From Octopus sinensis (taxonomy: Eukaryota): DNA of 64,000 nucleotides. This document shows, piece by piece, positions 52,470-64,000 of this stretch. Below the pieces are notes generated by a model. It saw only the letters and a program-made list of their open reading frames with translations. It ran no database searches and was not told where the DNA came from. Each line of letters begins with the position of its first letter. Within the stretch, counting starts at the first letter, position 1. The translations under genes were made by a program, and so were the position numbers. The stretch lies in the NCBI RefSeq assembly GCF_006345805.1, contig NC_043002.1:36642001-36706000 (forward strand), written 5' to 3'.

Positions 52470-53364
52470 TATAATATCAAACTAATGTTGTCTGTTCCAT
52501 ATCACATAAATATTTCTAACTCCATAGATTATGCTCACTACCTTTAAATGTTAAAACTAACTTAACAATTGATAATGCCACTGGGTATCAAGTGGTTGTA
52601 TTATTTTGATGAGACCAATAGAAAGACAAAATATGATTTCATTTCAGGCTTAGTAAAAATTCTTCCCCTAACCCAACAGTAACCATGTATTCTGGTTCAC
52701 TGCAAAGCACAGTTTTATGATCTTTGTTCTTTTTCTTTTTTTTCTCGCTAACATAACTCAATCAAAATGAACCAATCAGCATGGAAATATCTTTGCAATT
52801 TTCTTTGCCCACAAATCTACTCTCTCTATCAGAAATGGATAAATAAAAAAACAATAAAAAAAATCAAAAAAAGAAAACAATCTCTTGCTCACCACCAATT
52901 TGTCAGTATCGAAGGGCAACAAATAAATATAAATGGTATATGTGCTGTTGGTTTCCATTTATAGTTAATGAGTTATTGTTGTGAGAGGAAAATCTAAAGG
53001 AGTATACAGTTTATCTGGAATTGTTTGGAAGAATTTGTCAAGATGACATTTCTATGTGTAAGGATTTGTTAGCTTTTTGATGCCCTTGAGAATAATATTG
53101 ATTTCTTTTGATTTTTTTTTTTAAAGAATTATTGAAGTGAAGCTGAATCATTTGGTATCATAGAACAGTTGTGTGTGTGTGCGTGGGGTTTCTGTTGAAT
53201 TTCAGAGTTGTTCATATTTGGTAAATGACTAGCTCCGAGATTATATGATAAAATAGAAACAATTGCATCATGGAAGAGCCATTTTAGCCATTTAAGAATA
53301 CACAAAAATTGTTAAATTGATTTTCATTTATTTTTGAACTACTTATTAGTGTTATATACCATGA

Positions 53365-53700
53365 TGTCTTAAAAGCCAGACTTGCTGTTTTCAGTCCAGT
53401 CTTCATGCCAATTCTCACCTATGGTCATGAATGTTGGGGAATGAGACAAAAAAGTAAGATTACAAATACAAGCAGTGAAAATGGGGTTCCATTGAAAGAT
53501 CTTGAGAATAGCATTACTTGACAGGGTACATATCTCAGAGACCAGGAAAATCTCTCCAGGTCAATACACTATTTCTCTGTACTGAGAAATCACAGCTCTG
53601 GCATTAGGGACATGTGATTAGAATGTTGCAGTAAAGAATCACAAGATGGATTCTTTGAGCTGAGGTGACCAGCAACAATGACCATGAATGAGTTGGATAT
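53365..53700 (+). mobile_element. Decayed RTE-type LINE fragment
   Basis: ILTYGHECWGM...IQAVKMGF...LLDRV...EKSQLWH*GHVIRM pattern with frameshifts and stops. Confidence 0.65.
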
Positions 53701-54615
53701 GCTTGGGATCCAGCTGGAAAATCTAATGACATTATTTCTGAGAGGATCCTATGGAAGACTCTAGTACTCTCTGACACTCTCAGCAATAATAGGCTGAGAT
53801 TTCTGCCAGAGGTTGACTTTCCCCCTGAGGTTGACTTTCCACCAGAGGACGACTTTCTGCCTCAGGTTGACTTTGCCTCTCATTCTTTCTGGGTCGATAA
53901 AATTAGTACCAGTTGAGCACTGGGGTTGATGTAATTAACTTACTTACTTCCCACAAATTACTGGCCTTGTGCCAAAATTTGAAACTAAGATTGAGTAAAG
54001 AAGATGGATGGATGAATGGACATCTTAAAATGTAATGCAGTGGAATTCTATCAATGATCAGGTCACACAAATGTGACAAAACTTTTTGACATTTCACAGC
54101 AGACAGTACTATCAAGAAATAAATGATAACAAATGTAATAGTTTTTGTATGTTCTTAAACAGATAAAGTGATTCTTTCATGAAGTAATTGCTTTCTATGA
54201 AGCAAATTGGAAACCAATTTTATTGTGATTATAGAAGATTTTTCACATTATTAGGTAAATAATAAATCTTTGTCAATAGAACAAATCAAAAAGCTGATAT
54301 CATTTAGGCAAACCCACAAGTTAAAACCAAACTCATTATATATTTTTGTCATTATTATATCTTATTTGACGCAGTAGTATTTCTTCAAAAGGATAAATAG
54401 ATATAGACATAGCTGTGTGGTTAAGAAGTTCGCTTCAGAATCATGTGGTTAAGGGTTCAATTCCACTACATTATGTGTGTTGTCAGCTGTCATTCTAAAC
54501 TATAGCCAAGGATTAACCAGTACTTTGTGAATGAAACTGGTAAACAGAAACTGAAGAGGCCTGTCTTTTATATATATATATAAACAGACACACACACATC
54601 TACTTATGTATGTGA

Positions 54616-54993
54616 GCCCATGCTAGTAGGGTGCCAAGAGCACTATCCGAGTGTGATCGTTGCCAGAGCAGCCAACTGGCTTCCGTGCCAGTGGCACGTA
54701 AAAGGGCACGATTCGAGTATGATCATTACCAATGTCACCTTACTGGCACCTATGCTGGTGGCATGTGTAAAGATCGAGTGAGGTCATTACCAGTACCGCC
54801 TGACTTGACCCCGTGCCGGTGGCACGTAAAAAGCACCCACTACACCCTCAGTGTGGTTGGTGTTAGGAAGGGCATCCAGCTGTAGAAACTCTGCCAGATC
54901 AAGACTGGAGCCTGGTGCTGCCATCTAGTTTGCCAGTCCTCAGTCAAAATCGTCCAACCCATGCTAGCATGGAAAGCAGACGTTTAAACGATA

Positions 54994-55023
<30 letters not shown>
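54616..55023 (+). mobile_element. Family C retroelement, long copy
   Basis: Tandem gtggcacgtaaaa units, conserved 3' end and (GAT)n tail. Confidence 0.8.
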
Positions 55024-55025
<2 letters not shown>

Positions 55026-55033
55026 ATATATAT

Positions 55034-55065
<32 letters not shown>

Positions 55066-57695
55066 AATGTGTGGATATGCAAGTAAATATATATGCCTGT
55101 GTATCTGTTTTTGAGAAAGTGAGTTTGTGCTCCTCCTTGTTTTTATGTATTGTTTGCATGCAGTCAACTGCCAAAGCATGTCCAGGCTCTTTGACATGTC
55201 TTGACATGTAATGTGATCTTTGTAAACAATAGAAAAAGGCTGTTTATTGTTTCAGTGATTATTAGGTTGGAGTTGGTGATTGAAATGGCATCTAGCCATA
55301 GAAAAAACCTGCCTCAACAAATTCCATCTGACCCATGCAAGAATGGAAAAGTGGAAGCTAAAGCAATGATGATAATTCCATATCCCATGTGGGTGATAGG
55401 AAGATGATAAAATTTTACTTAAAAACTGAGAGCTCAAAGACATTTTCTAAAAAGTAACAAGTATGGTTGTTTATTTTTTTCTTGATTTCAAAACTATTGG
55501 TTAAGCCCAACTGTATATGATTTTGGTTGTATCACCAAAAGATGATATAAAAGAATCAGACTGAAATCAAACAAAATTCTATGAATTTGGTCTTACTCTG
55601 ATAATAGAACATTCCAAATCATTATTAGATGCAAAAGAAAGATTAGAATCCATTGAAGTTTTCAATGAAGCAGACAACACTTGCAGCTTTCATTTAATTA
55701 ACCAGGCATACACACTAGTACTAATGATATGCTTGCTCCTTCGAATCAGAAAAATCAAGTTTACTCTTAAGAATTACTCAAAGGAAAATTTCTGTGCATG
55801 TATGTGTATGTGCATATATACTTTGGGGATTCCCCACCACACAAATGAACTTTAGGTCTTTCCTTTAGAAGACTGATGTAACTTCACCGTATTTCTTTTA
55901 ATATGTGTAAAATAGTAAGGTGGCAAGCTGGCAGAAATGTTAGCATGCTAGGTGAAATGTCTAGTGGTATTTCGTCTGTCTTTATGTTCTGAGTTCAAAT
56001 TCCACCGAGGTTGACTTTGCCTTTCATCCTTTCAGAGTCAATAGATTAAGTACCAGGTGTATACTGGGGTCGATCTAATCAACTGGCCCTCCTCCCCAAG
56101 AATTTCGGGCTTAGATTAGAAAAGAATATATATAAAATAGTAAAGGTGGCGAGCTGGCAGAATTGTTAGCACACCAGGCAAAATGCTTCCCAGTATTTCG
56201 TCCATCTTTATGTTCTGGGTTCAAATGCTGCCAGGGTTGACGTTATCTTTCATCCTTTTGGTGGTCGATAAAATAAGTACTAGTAGATCACTGATTTTGC
56301 TCCTCCCCCAAAATTGCTGGTCTTGTACCAAAATTTGAAACTAATATATCTAAATCATTGTTTCTTTCCTACTTCCTGGTCTTACTATGTTTATAATTCT
56401 AACTATATATACATACACTATTTATTCACCTCCCTTTCTCTCTACATGTTTGTCTTTTTTTATTTTTGAACTTTCACCAAGATTTACATGCAGCATTTTA
56501 AAAGTGCTTGACTTATTAGATGCCAACCCGTGCATGTTTTTCAAGTTAGTTACTTTATTGTACTGATCTTTCACACATCAAACTGTAGTGAGCTGTGTGA
56601 CATTTTCTTTATGTGGGACATAAACAAACTTACCATTCCCCAAGCAGTGGCAATAGACAAATGCGCGCGCACACACACACACACACACACATACACACAC
56701 ACACATGTTTATGTGTGTATATGAATCTCTCTCTCTCTCTCTCTATTTGTATGTATGTATGTACATATATATATGTATGTATGCATATATCATCATCATC
56801 ATTGTCATTTAATGCCTTTTTTCCTTGATGGTATGGGTTGGAATAGTCCACCAGGAGCTGGGAAGCTAGAAGACTGCACCAAGCTCCATTGTCTTCTTCT
56901 TTGGCATGGTTTCTATGATTGGATGCTCTTCCTAATTCCAACCACTTTACAGAGTGTACTAGATGTCTTTTATGTGGCACCAGCATTTGTGAGGCCACCA
57001 AATAATTTGCAAATCAACTCACATACACACACACATGCATGCATGTACACACACACGTACACATATAAGAAGGGTGTCCACACAGTTTCTATCTCCCAAA
57101 TTTCACTTAAAGCAGACAATGAAATATTCTTTTCTACTCTAGGCACAAGATCTGAAATTTTTGGAGAGGAGGGTAAGTCGATTACATCGATCCCAGTGCG
57201 AAACTGGTACTTAATTTATCGACCCCGGAAGGATGAAAAGCAAAGTTAACCTCAGCAGAATTTGAACTCAGAATGTAAAGACAGATGAAATACCTGTTTC
57301 TTTACTACCCACAAGGGGCTAAACACAGAGAGGACAAATAAGGACAGACAAACGGATTAAGTAGATTAAATCGACCCCAGTGCGTAACTGGTGCTTATTT
57401 AATCGACCCTGAATGGATGACAGGCAAAGTCGACCTTGACAGAATTTGAACTCAATGTAAAGACAGATGAAATACCGCTGAGCATTTCACCTGGCGTGCT
57501 AACGTTTCTGCCAGCTCGCCGCCTTACTTACACAGCCAATGAAATATTGATTTCAAATTTGGGCATAAGGTCAGCAATTTCTGTGGATGGGGTAAGTCGA
57601 TTACATCGACCCCAGTGCTCAACTGGTACTTATTTTGTTGACCTTGAAAAGATGAAATGCAAAGTCAGCTTCGTTAGAATTTTAACTCAAAATGT

Positions 57696-58055
57696 AACAA
57701 GAACATTCATAGAGTGCAAACCTTCACCATGGCAACGATTAGCCAGAGATGATTTTTAAAATGAGAATATCTGAAATGAACTCGACTGCTCTCACAAACA
57801 AGAATACTAAAAATGAACCTGACTGCTCTCAAAAATTAAGTTAAAAACAAACAGGAAAAATAACCCAGAATCCTTGTCTGGTACCAGATCGATCCTAAAA
57901 TCTAATCAGTTCCTGCCAGTCATGGGGCCAAGCATTCCTGAAAGTTTCATCTGAATCCATCCAGTGGTTCTTGAGATATCTTGTTCATGGACAAACAAAC
58001 AAACAAATGAACACGACTGAAAATAATACCTCTGCCTTAGCGAAGGCGGAGGTAA
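57696..58055 (-). mobile_element. DINE-1/HINE-like (Helentron-associated) non-autonomous element nested in a family D SINE
   Basis: The minus strand starts TTACCTCCGCCTTcgctAAGGCAGAGGTA (hairpin/subTIR), has a (TTTG)n tract, and ends GGTGAAGGTttgcactctatgaatgttCTTGTT (second subTIR plus weak hairpin). The flanks rejoin as the SINE sequence aatgtaa|agatggacaaaatacc. Confidence 0.6.
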
Positions 58056-59065
58056 AGATGGACAAAATACCATTAAGCATTTTGCCTGGCATGCTAATGA
58101 TTCTGCCAGCTCATTGCCTTATAGCCAAGGAAACATTCTTTTCTTTGACCCAAGGTCAGCAATTTTGAGAGTGGGAAAGTCAATTACACTGACCCTGTTG
58201 CATAACTGGTACTTATCTTATTGACCCAGTAAGGATGAAAGATAAAGACAACATTGGTAGAATTTGAATACAGAACATAAAGGCAGACAAAATGCCTGTT
58301 ACCTGGTGTGCTAACGATTATATAATAATTAGAAGGGCAGCGAGCTGGCAGAATTGTTAGCACGCTGGGCGAAATGCTTAGCTGTATTTCATCTGCTGTT
58401 ACGTTCTGAGTTCAAATTCCGCCGAGGTTGACTTTGCCTTTCATCCTCTCGGAGACAATAAATAAAGTACCAGTTTCGCACTGGGTCGATGTAATCGACT
58501 TAATCCCTTTGTCTGTCCTTGTTTGTCCCCTCTATGTTTAGCCCCTTGTGAGTAGTAAAGAAATATATATAATAATTAGATTATAGTAGGTTATCTGCAC
58601 ACTTAGAAGATGTGCAACACTACATGTTGTTATACATGGTATTCCAAGTATTTTAAGACAATTTAGGTCCCCAAATCAATTTGCATCATATACATGGACT
58701 TTTGTCATATTTCTATCACTCTCTCTCTTTCTCCTCTCTCTCTCTTTCTTTCTTCAGCTATGACACCTGGAAATAGGTAGTCTTGCTACACTAAAGAAAG
58801 ATGATGGAAAACAAAGTTGAAATGACAACGAACACTAAAATGAAGCTGAGTGTTTCACATTAAACTGTCACCCATTCGAGTGTTTTAAGGTGTTATGCTG
58901 CTTTAATATCAACAACAAGAACAAGAACAAGAACAACAACAAAAACAACAACGACAACAACAAATACAAAGACAATTCCACTCTTACACTGTTACACCTC
59001 TTTTGTTTCACACGGTTACAGTTTGAAAATCCATATTCCGATAAATCCATGTGGCAAATCAATGG

Positions 59066-59142
59066 ACTACTACTACTACTACCACCACCACCACCACCAC
59101 CACCACAACTACTGTTGCCGCTACTGCTGCTGCTGAAACTGT

Positions 59143-59181
<39 letters not shown>

Positions 59182-59235
59182 ACTACTACTACTACTACTA
59201 CTACTGCCACCACTGCAACCACCACCGCCACTGTC
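59066..59235. repeat. Compound (ACT)n/(ACC)n trinucleotide repeat
   Basis: Direct reading. Confidence 0.9.
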
Positions 59236-61109
59236 GTTGCAACTAATAATGATGGCGATAATAATAAAAGCCATCATTTTCGAGGAGGTGTTAGTCAATG
59301 ACTTGACCAGCACCACTACTATTACTAATTATTTCTAATACGTGCACAAGGCCAGAGGTTTAAGGGGTAGTGTTAAGTTGATTAAATTGACTCTAGTACT
59401 TGACTGGTACTTTATTCTATGAACTCAAGGCTATTGTAGAAGACAATGGCTCAAAGTTTCACCAGTGGAACATAATCAGGAACCATTTAATTGCACAACA
59501 AACTTCTTAACACAACCGCATGCAGGGAAATACACAATAAAATGTCTACGGTGGATTTGAACTTTAAACCTGTAAGTCAGTAGTTCAAAACTTTATCCTA
59601 TTAACCGTTTCACTTCTTAATATCAAGTCACTGAAGGAGCTACTGTGTTGTTGCTCCAGCTGCTAAAAATAGTAGCGAAACCTTTCCTCAAATTAAACCC
59701 TACCGTTGTGAAAAGAGAGGAACACATTGATTAGTGTAGCCCTAGATGTACACTGTCAGAGAGAAAGACAAGATGGTCATGACTGGAATATTTTTGATCA
59801 TAAATCTACAGTCAAGGTTGCCTGAGAACAACAAAGTATCCTTAGTATACCCATAATCAAAGTTGTTTCAGTTATTGCCATTCTGCCTCTTTCTGTTTTT
59901 CAGACATAGAGTACCTGTGACTACATTATCCAATGTGTAGTTGTTACAGAGAAGGTGTGTAGCTTAGTGGTTAGGGTGTTTGGCTAATGATCGCAAGGTC
60001 ATGAGTTCAATTCCTGGCGATGCGTTGTGTCCTTGAGCAAGTCACTTTATTTCATGTTGCTCCAGTCCACTCAGCTGGCAAAAATGAATAGTATTTGTAT
60101 TTCAAAGGGCCAGCCTTGTCACTTTCTGTCACACTGAATCTCTCTGAGAACTATGTTAAGGGTACGTATGTTGGTGGAGAGCTCAGCTACATATACATTA
60201 ATTTCACGAGGAAGCTGTTCTGTTAATTGGGTCAACTGGAACCCTCATCGTCATAACTGACTGAGTGCCAGTTAGTTAGTAGTTGCAGATGTGGCTATGT
60301 GGTCAAGAAGCTTGCATCCTAATCAAATGGGCTTGGGTTTCATTTCCAGTCCTTCATGAATAACATACCTGGCCATGGGGAAATATCACCATGCTTGAAA
60401 TCTGTTGTGTGGACGCCCCCAGACGATGAAGTAGGCTAGCCCAATTTGTAGATATAGAGGGAGAAGTCTAGACGTCGGGAGTTTAGCAGAGGTCATCAGA
60501 ATGTGTGATATAACAGAATCAGGTGAGGGTTGGCAACAGGAAGGGTGTTCAGCTGTAGAAAATTTGCCATAAAAATTCCATTTGACTCATGCAAGCATAG
60601 AAAAGTGGATGTTAAATGATGATGATGATGTACTTCCCTTTTTGAAAATCCTTATCATTTTAAAAGAAGACGTGGCTGACAATTCTTTTAGGTTCTCTCA
60701 TTGATTCATTGATATGTTGTTGTTACTGTTATTGTAGAATAGCCTATGGTCACCCTGTCACTTTTCCTTAAGTATATCTACAGTAGTGAGAAAGGTAGGT
60801 AATCAGAGAATCATTCTACTAAGAGCCTCTATACCCACAAGGAAAAATACATCCTCTGCATTGGTCAGCCTACACTGGTAACCAATGAAAGAGCATATAA
60901 TACCTAAAAAATGGTGGTGAAATTTTTCAAAAATATCAATTCTCTAGCTGTTTTTATATCTGAAAGTTACATTGAATTAGCTATAATCACCTGAGTAAAT
61001 AAAGAATATTTTATTAAGTATATAAAAAAAAATATAATTACATTTATTATAAAAATGCAATTATAAATATTAAAGTATAAAATGAAATTGTAATCTGACC
61101 TTTCATGAG

Positions 61110-61144
<35 letters not shown>

Positions 61145-61431
61145 TGCCTATATACACACATAAATGTATATATATATATATATATACATACCCACATACA
61201 TACCTACATACCTACATGCACACACACATACATATAAATATACACACACACACACACACATATATATATGTATATATACACACACATATACATATACACA
61301 CACATATATATATACATACATATACACACATTCTTACATACATATATTATTAAAAAATCAGTTTACAACTTCATTTCATAATTTAATATTTATAATTACC
61401 TGCCTGTCTGTATCTCTCTTTCTCTCTCTCT

Positions 61432-61432
<1 letters not shown>

Positions 61433-61523
<91 letters not shown>

Positions 61524-61545
61524 TCTATCTATCAATCTATCTGTC
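61433..61545. repeat. (TATC)n microsatellite
   Basis: Direct reading. Confidence 0.95.
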
Positions 61546-63686
61546 TATTAATCAATGTATATATACATACCATATAGAATTATGTGGCATGAGTGGCAAA
61601 TATATTTATTTAACCATTTGATATCTGTAGGATTACAGCTGTTTCACAACTGTCATCATGTAATAATAATTTCAGTGTATAACAAATTATTTTTCGTGCC
61701 TGTACCAATATGCATGCAACACATTGCACTGTACAGTTGCGTATTTACAAATCAATGCAGATATAGAAGGCTAGCTCTTCAGATCACCAGAACATAATGG
61801 TTACACTAATGCTTTAACTTTGTAGAGTTTTTTTTATAGTTCTGTATAAGTGTTTTCTTTTTCACTGATCTTTAGCTTTCTCTTGACATCTGCTGGGCAA
61901 CTGATTTCCACTACTGTACATAATTTCTCTTCTCTGTCCCAAATCACTATGTTTACATTTTATCAAGGTTTTCACTGAGAAGTTCTTACCTTCTTGAGTC
62001 ATACTGACTTACAAGGGCTGGTTTCCCAGTTTCCATGGCATATATATTCTCCCCCTGGACAGTAGAAAAAAATCTAGCTGTTTTACAAAAGTACATTAAA
62101 ATGCTTCAGAAATTTGTTCCTTGGCTCTCTGTTTAACCACCACCAATTCCTCAATACTTCCAGTCACAAATTTACATAGAGAAGTTCTAACCACATAAAT
62201 GGAAGTTCATTAGACTGCTGTTTCATAGGCCTGATCCTGTAAGCCCATGATCAAAGATATCCAGTGATGGCAAATCCATCTTTTTTTTTTCAGGTATTGG
62301 GCATCTAAGAATGCATTGTCTAATGTGCGCCTTTATTTTCCTTTTCATCTTTTGTTTAAGTCATTGGACTGCAGCTCTGTAGACACTCTGCCTTGAAGGA
62401 TTTCTTTTTTAGTTGATCAAAGCAACCCCTAGTACTTATTTTTCATATCCTCTCTGCTGGATATTTGGTGTTAGGAAGGGCATCCAGCTGTAAAAACTGT
62501 GCCAAAACAGACACAGAAGTCTGGTGCAGGCTCCTGCCTGGCCAGCTCCTGTCAAACTGTCCAACCCATGCCGGCATGGACAGCAGATTTTAAACAATGA
62601 TGATGATGATGATGGTATTTATTCAAGTAGTTATTTTTGCCAAACTGCTAAGTTACAGGGATGTAAACAAACTAACACCAGTGTCAAGCAGTGTTTGTGT
62701 GTTCAAATGCAAAGACACACACACATATACACATTTATGCACAATGGTCTTCCATGCAATTTCCATCTACCAAATTCACTCACAAGGGTTTGGTCAGCCC
62801 AGGGCTATAGCAGAAAAAAACTCACCCAAACTGAGTACTGAACTGAAAACCACATGGTTGTAAAGCAAGTTTCTTAACCACACTGTCATGACTGCGCCTA
62901 TGATAGTGGATTGATATTTGAGTGAAGTTCAACTTCTACTTCTAGTAACTGAGCAACCATGTAGGGATTCATCATTGAAAATACATGTATTGCTGAATGT
63001 GTCACTCAAATGTATAGTCATGCAGTGTATTGGTTACAGCATGCAAGTGTACTGATGAAACATGCAAGTGTACTGGCTTCTGATATTGCTCTGACATTAT
63101 CACTACAATGATATATATGGTGAAAAGATACACACACACACATATATATATATAGAGAGAGAGCTCCTCCAGTTATTCTCATCATACATCTATATCAGTT
63201 ATAATATCAACTATATTTGTGGCTGTAAGCAGGATTATTTTTGATCTTCGTAGCTGCCATCTTCATGGTTGGTAAGAAACTATAATCTTTTATGTGAAAT
63301 ATAGATTGGTAGATAGCTAGATAGATAAACAGACGAATAGATAGACAGATAGATTGATGGATATAAATAGAGTGATAGGTAGATAGATATGTAGATAGAC
63401 AGACAGACAAATAGATAGATAGATATTTAGATAGCTAGTTAGCTAGCTGGGTAGTAAGTGTGTGTGCTGTGTGGTTGAGAAAAAAATAGTGAGAAAGGGA
63501 GACAGAGGGAGAGAGAGAGAGAAAGAGAGCGAGAGAGAGAAAGAGAGCGAGAGAGAGAGAGAGTAAAGAGATAGAATAGAAGAAAGAAAGAAATGTGGAT
63601 GGGGAGAGATCCTTATTTATCTATTTAAGTATTTATTTATATGAATGTAAAGTTTGGTTGACTGGTCTAAGCCACATCTGTAATGT

Positions 63687-63727
<41 letters not shown>

Positions 63728-64000
63728 TGTGTGTGTGGTGTGTGTGTATGTGTATGTGTGTGTATATAGATACATATGTATGTATAGTTATAAGCCGTCT
63801 CTGATCACTGACAACAGGAAACAAGGAGTAAGAAAAGAAAAACAAAGAAAATAAATAAGAAAGCACCAAATAAAAATATACAAACGACTAAAAATGATCA
63901 AAATGATCAAAAAAAAAAAAAGACAACTACAAACATACCAAATAAAATATCTTTTAGAAATACCAACAAAATTATACCCAGTCTTTCCCCGAACAAACAT

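Noticed and set aside
58988-59066. Minus-strand ag...gtaaga-bounded 79-nt segment as a Cav3 linker cassette exon
   Set aside because: Length is not a multiple of 3, it has an immediate stop in the required phase 1, and no pyrimidine tract is present (upstream is a GTA repeat).

Overview
AT-rich, repeat-dense animal genomic DNA. The microsatellite load and SINE families look like octopus or another coleoid cephalopod, which is an inference from pattern recognition. The only supportable host gene is on the minus strand: six GT-AG exons (28406-28255, 24936-24827, 19782-19652, 17403-17254, 15219-15098, 10196-10041) that splice in frame to encode the end of the III-IV linker and all of domain IV (S1-S6, pore motif TGDNW) of a T-type Cav3 voltage-gated calcium channel. 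The neighbouring exons appear to lie outside the window, so nearly everything else is intron. The introns contain tRNA-derived SINEs, RTE and R4/Dong-like LINE remnants, Penelope-like (PLE) fragments, mariner/Tc1/maT transposons and MITEs, a DINE-1/HINE-like element and long SSRs. Most ORFs in the supplied track are microsatellite artefacts. The main unannotated signal is about a dozen type I hammerhead-ribozyme motifs (CTGANGA...GAAA...TH closed by a stem I) from several sequence families. They often sit in fold-back elements, and one family fuses a tRNA-like Pol III head to a minimal hammerhead. A perfect 75-bp hairpin also lies in a domain IV intron. All structures were read by eye; no searches or folding programs were run.
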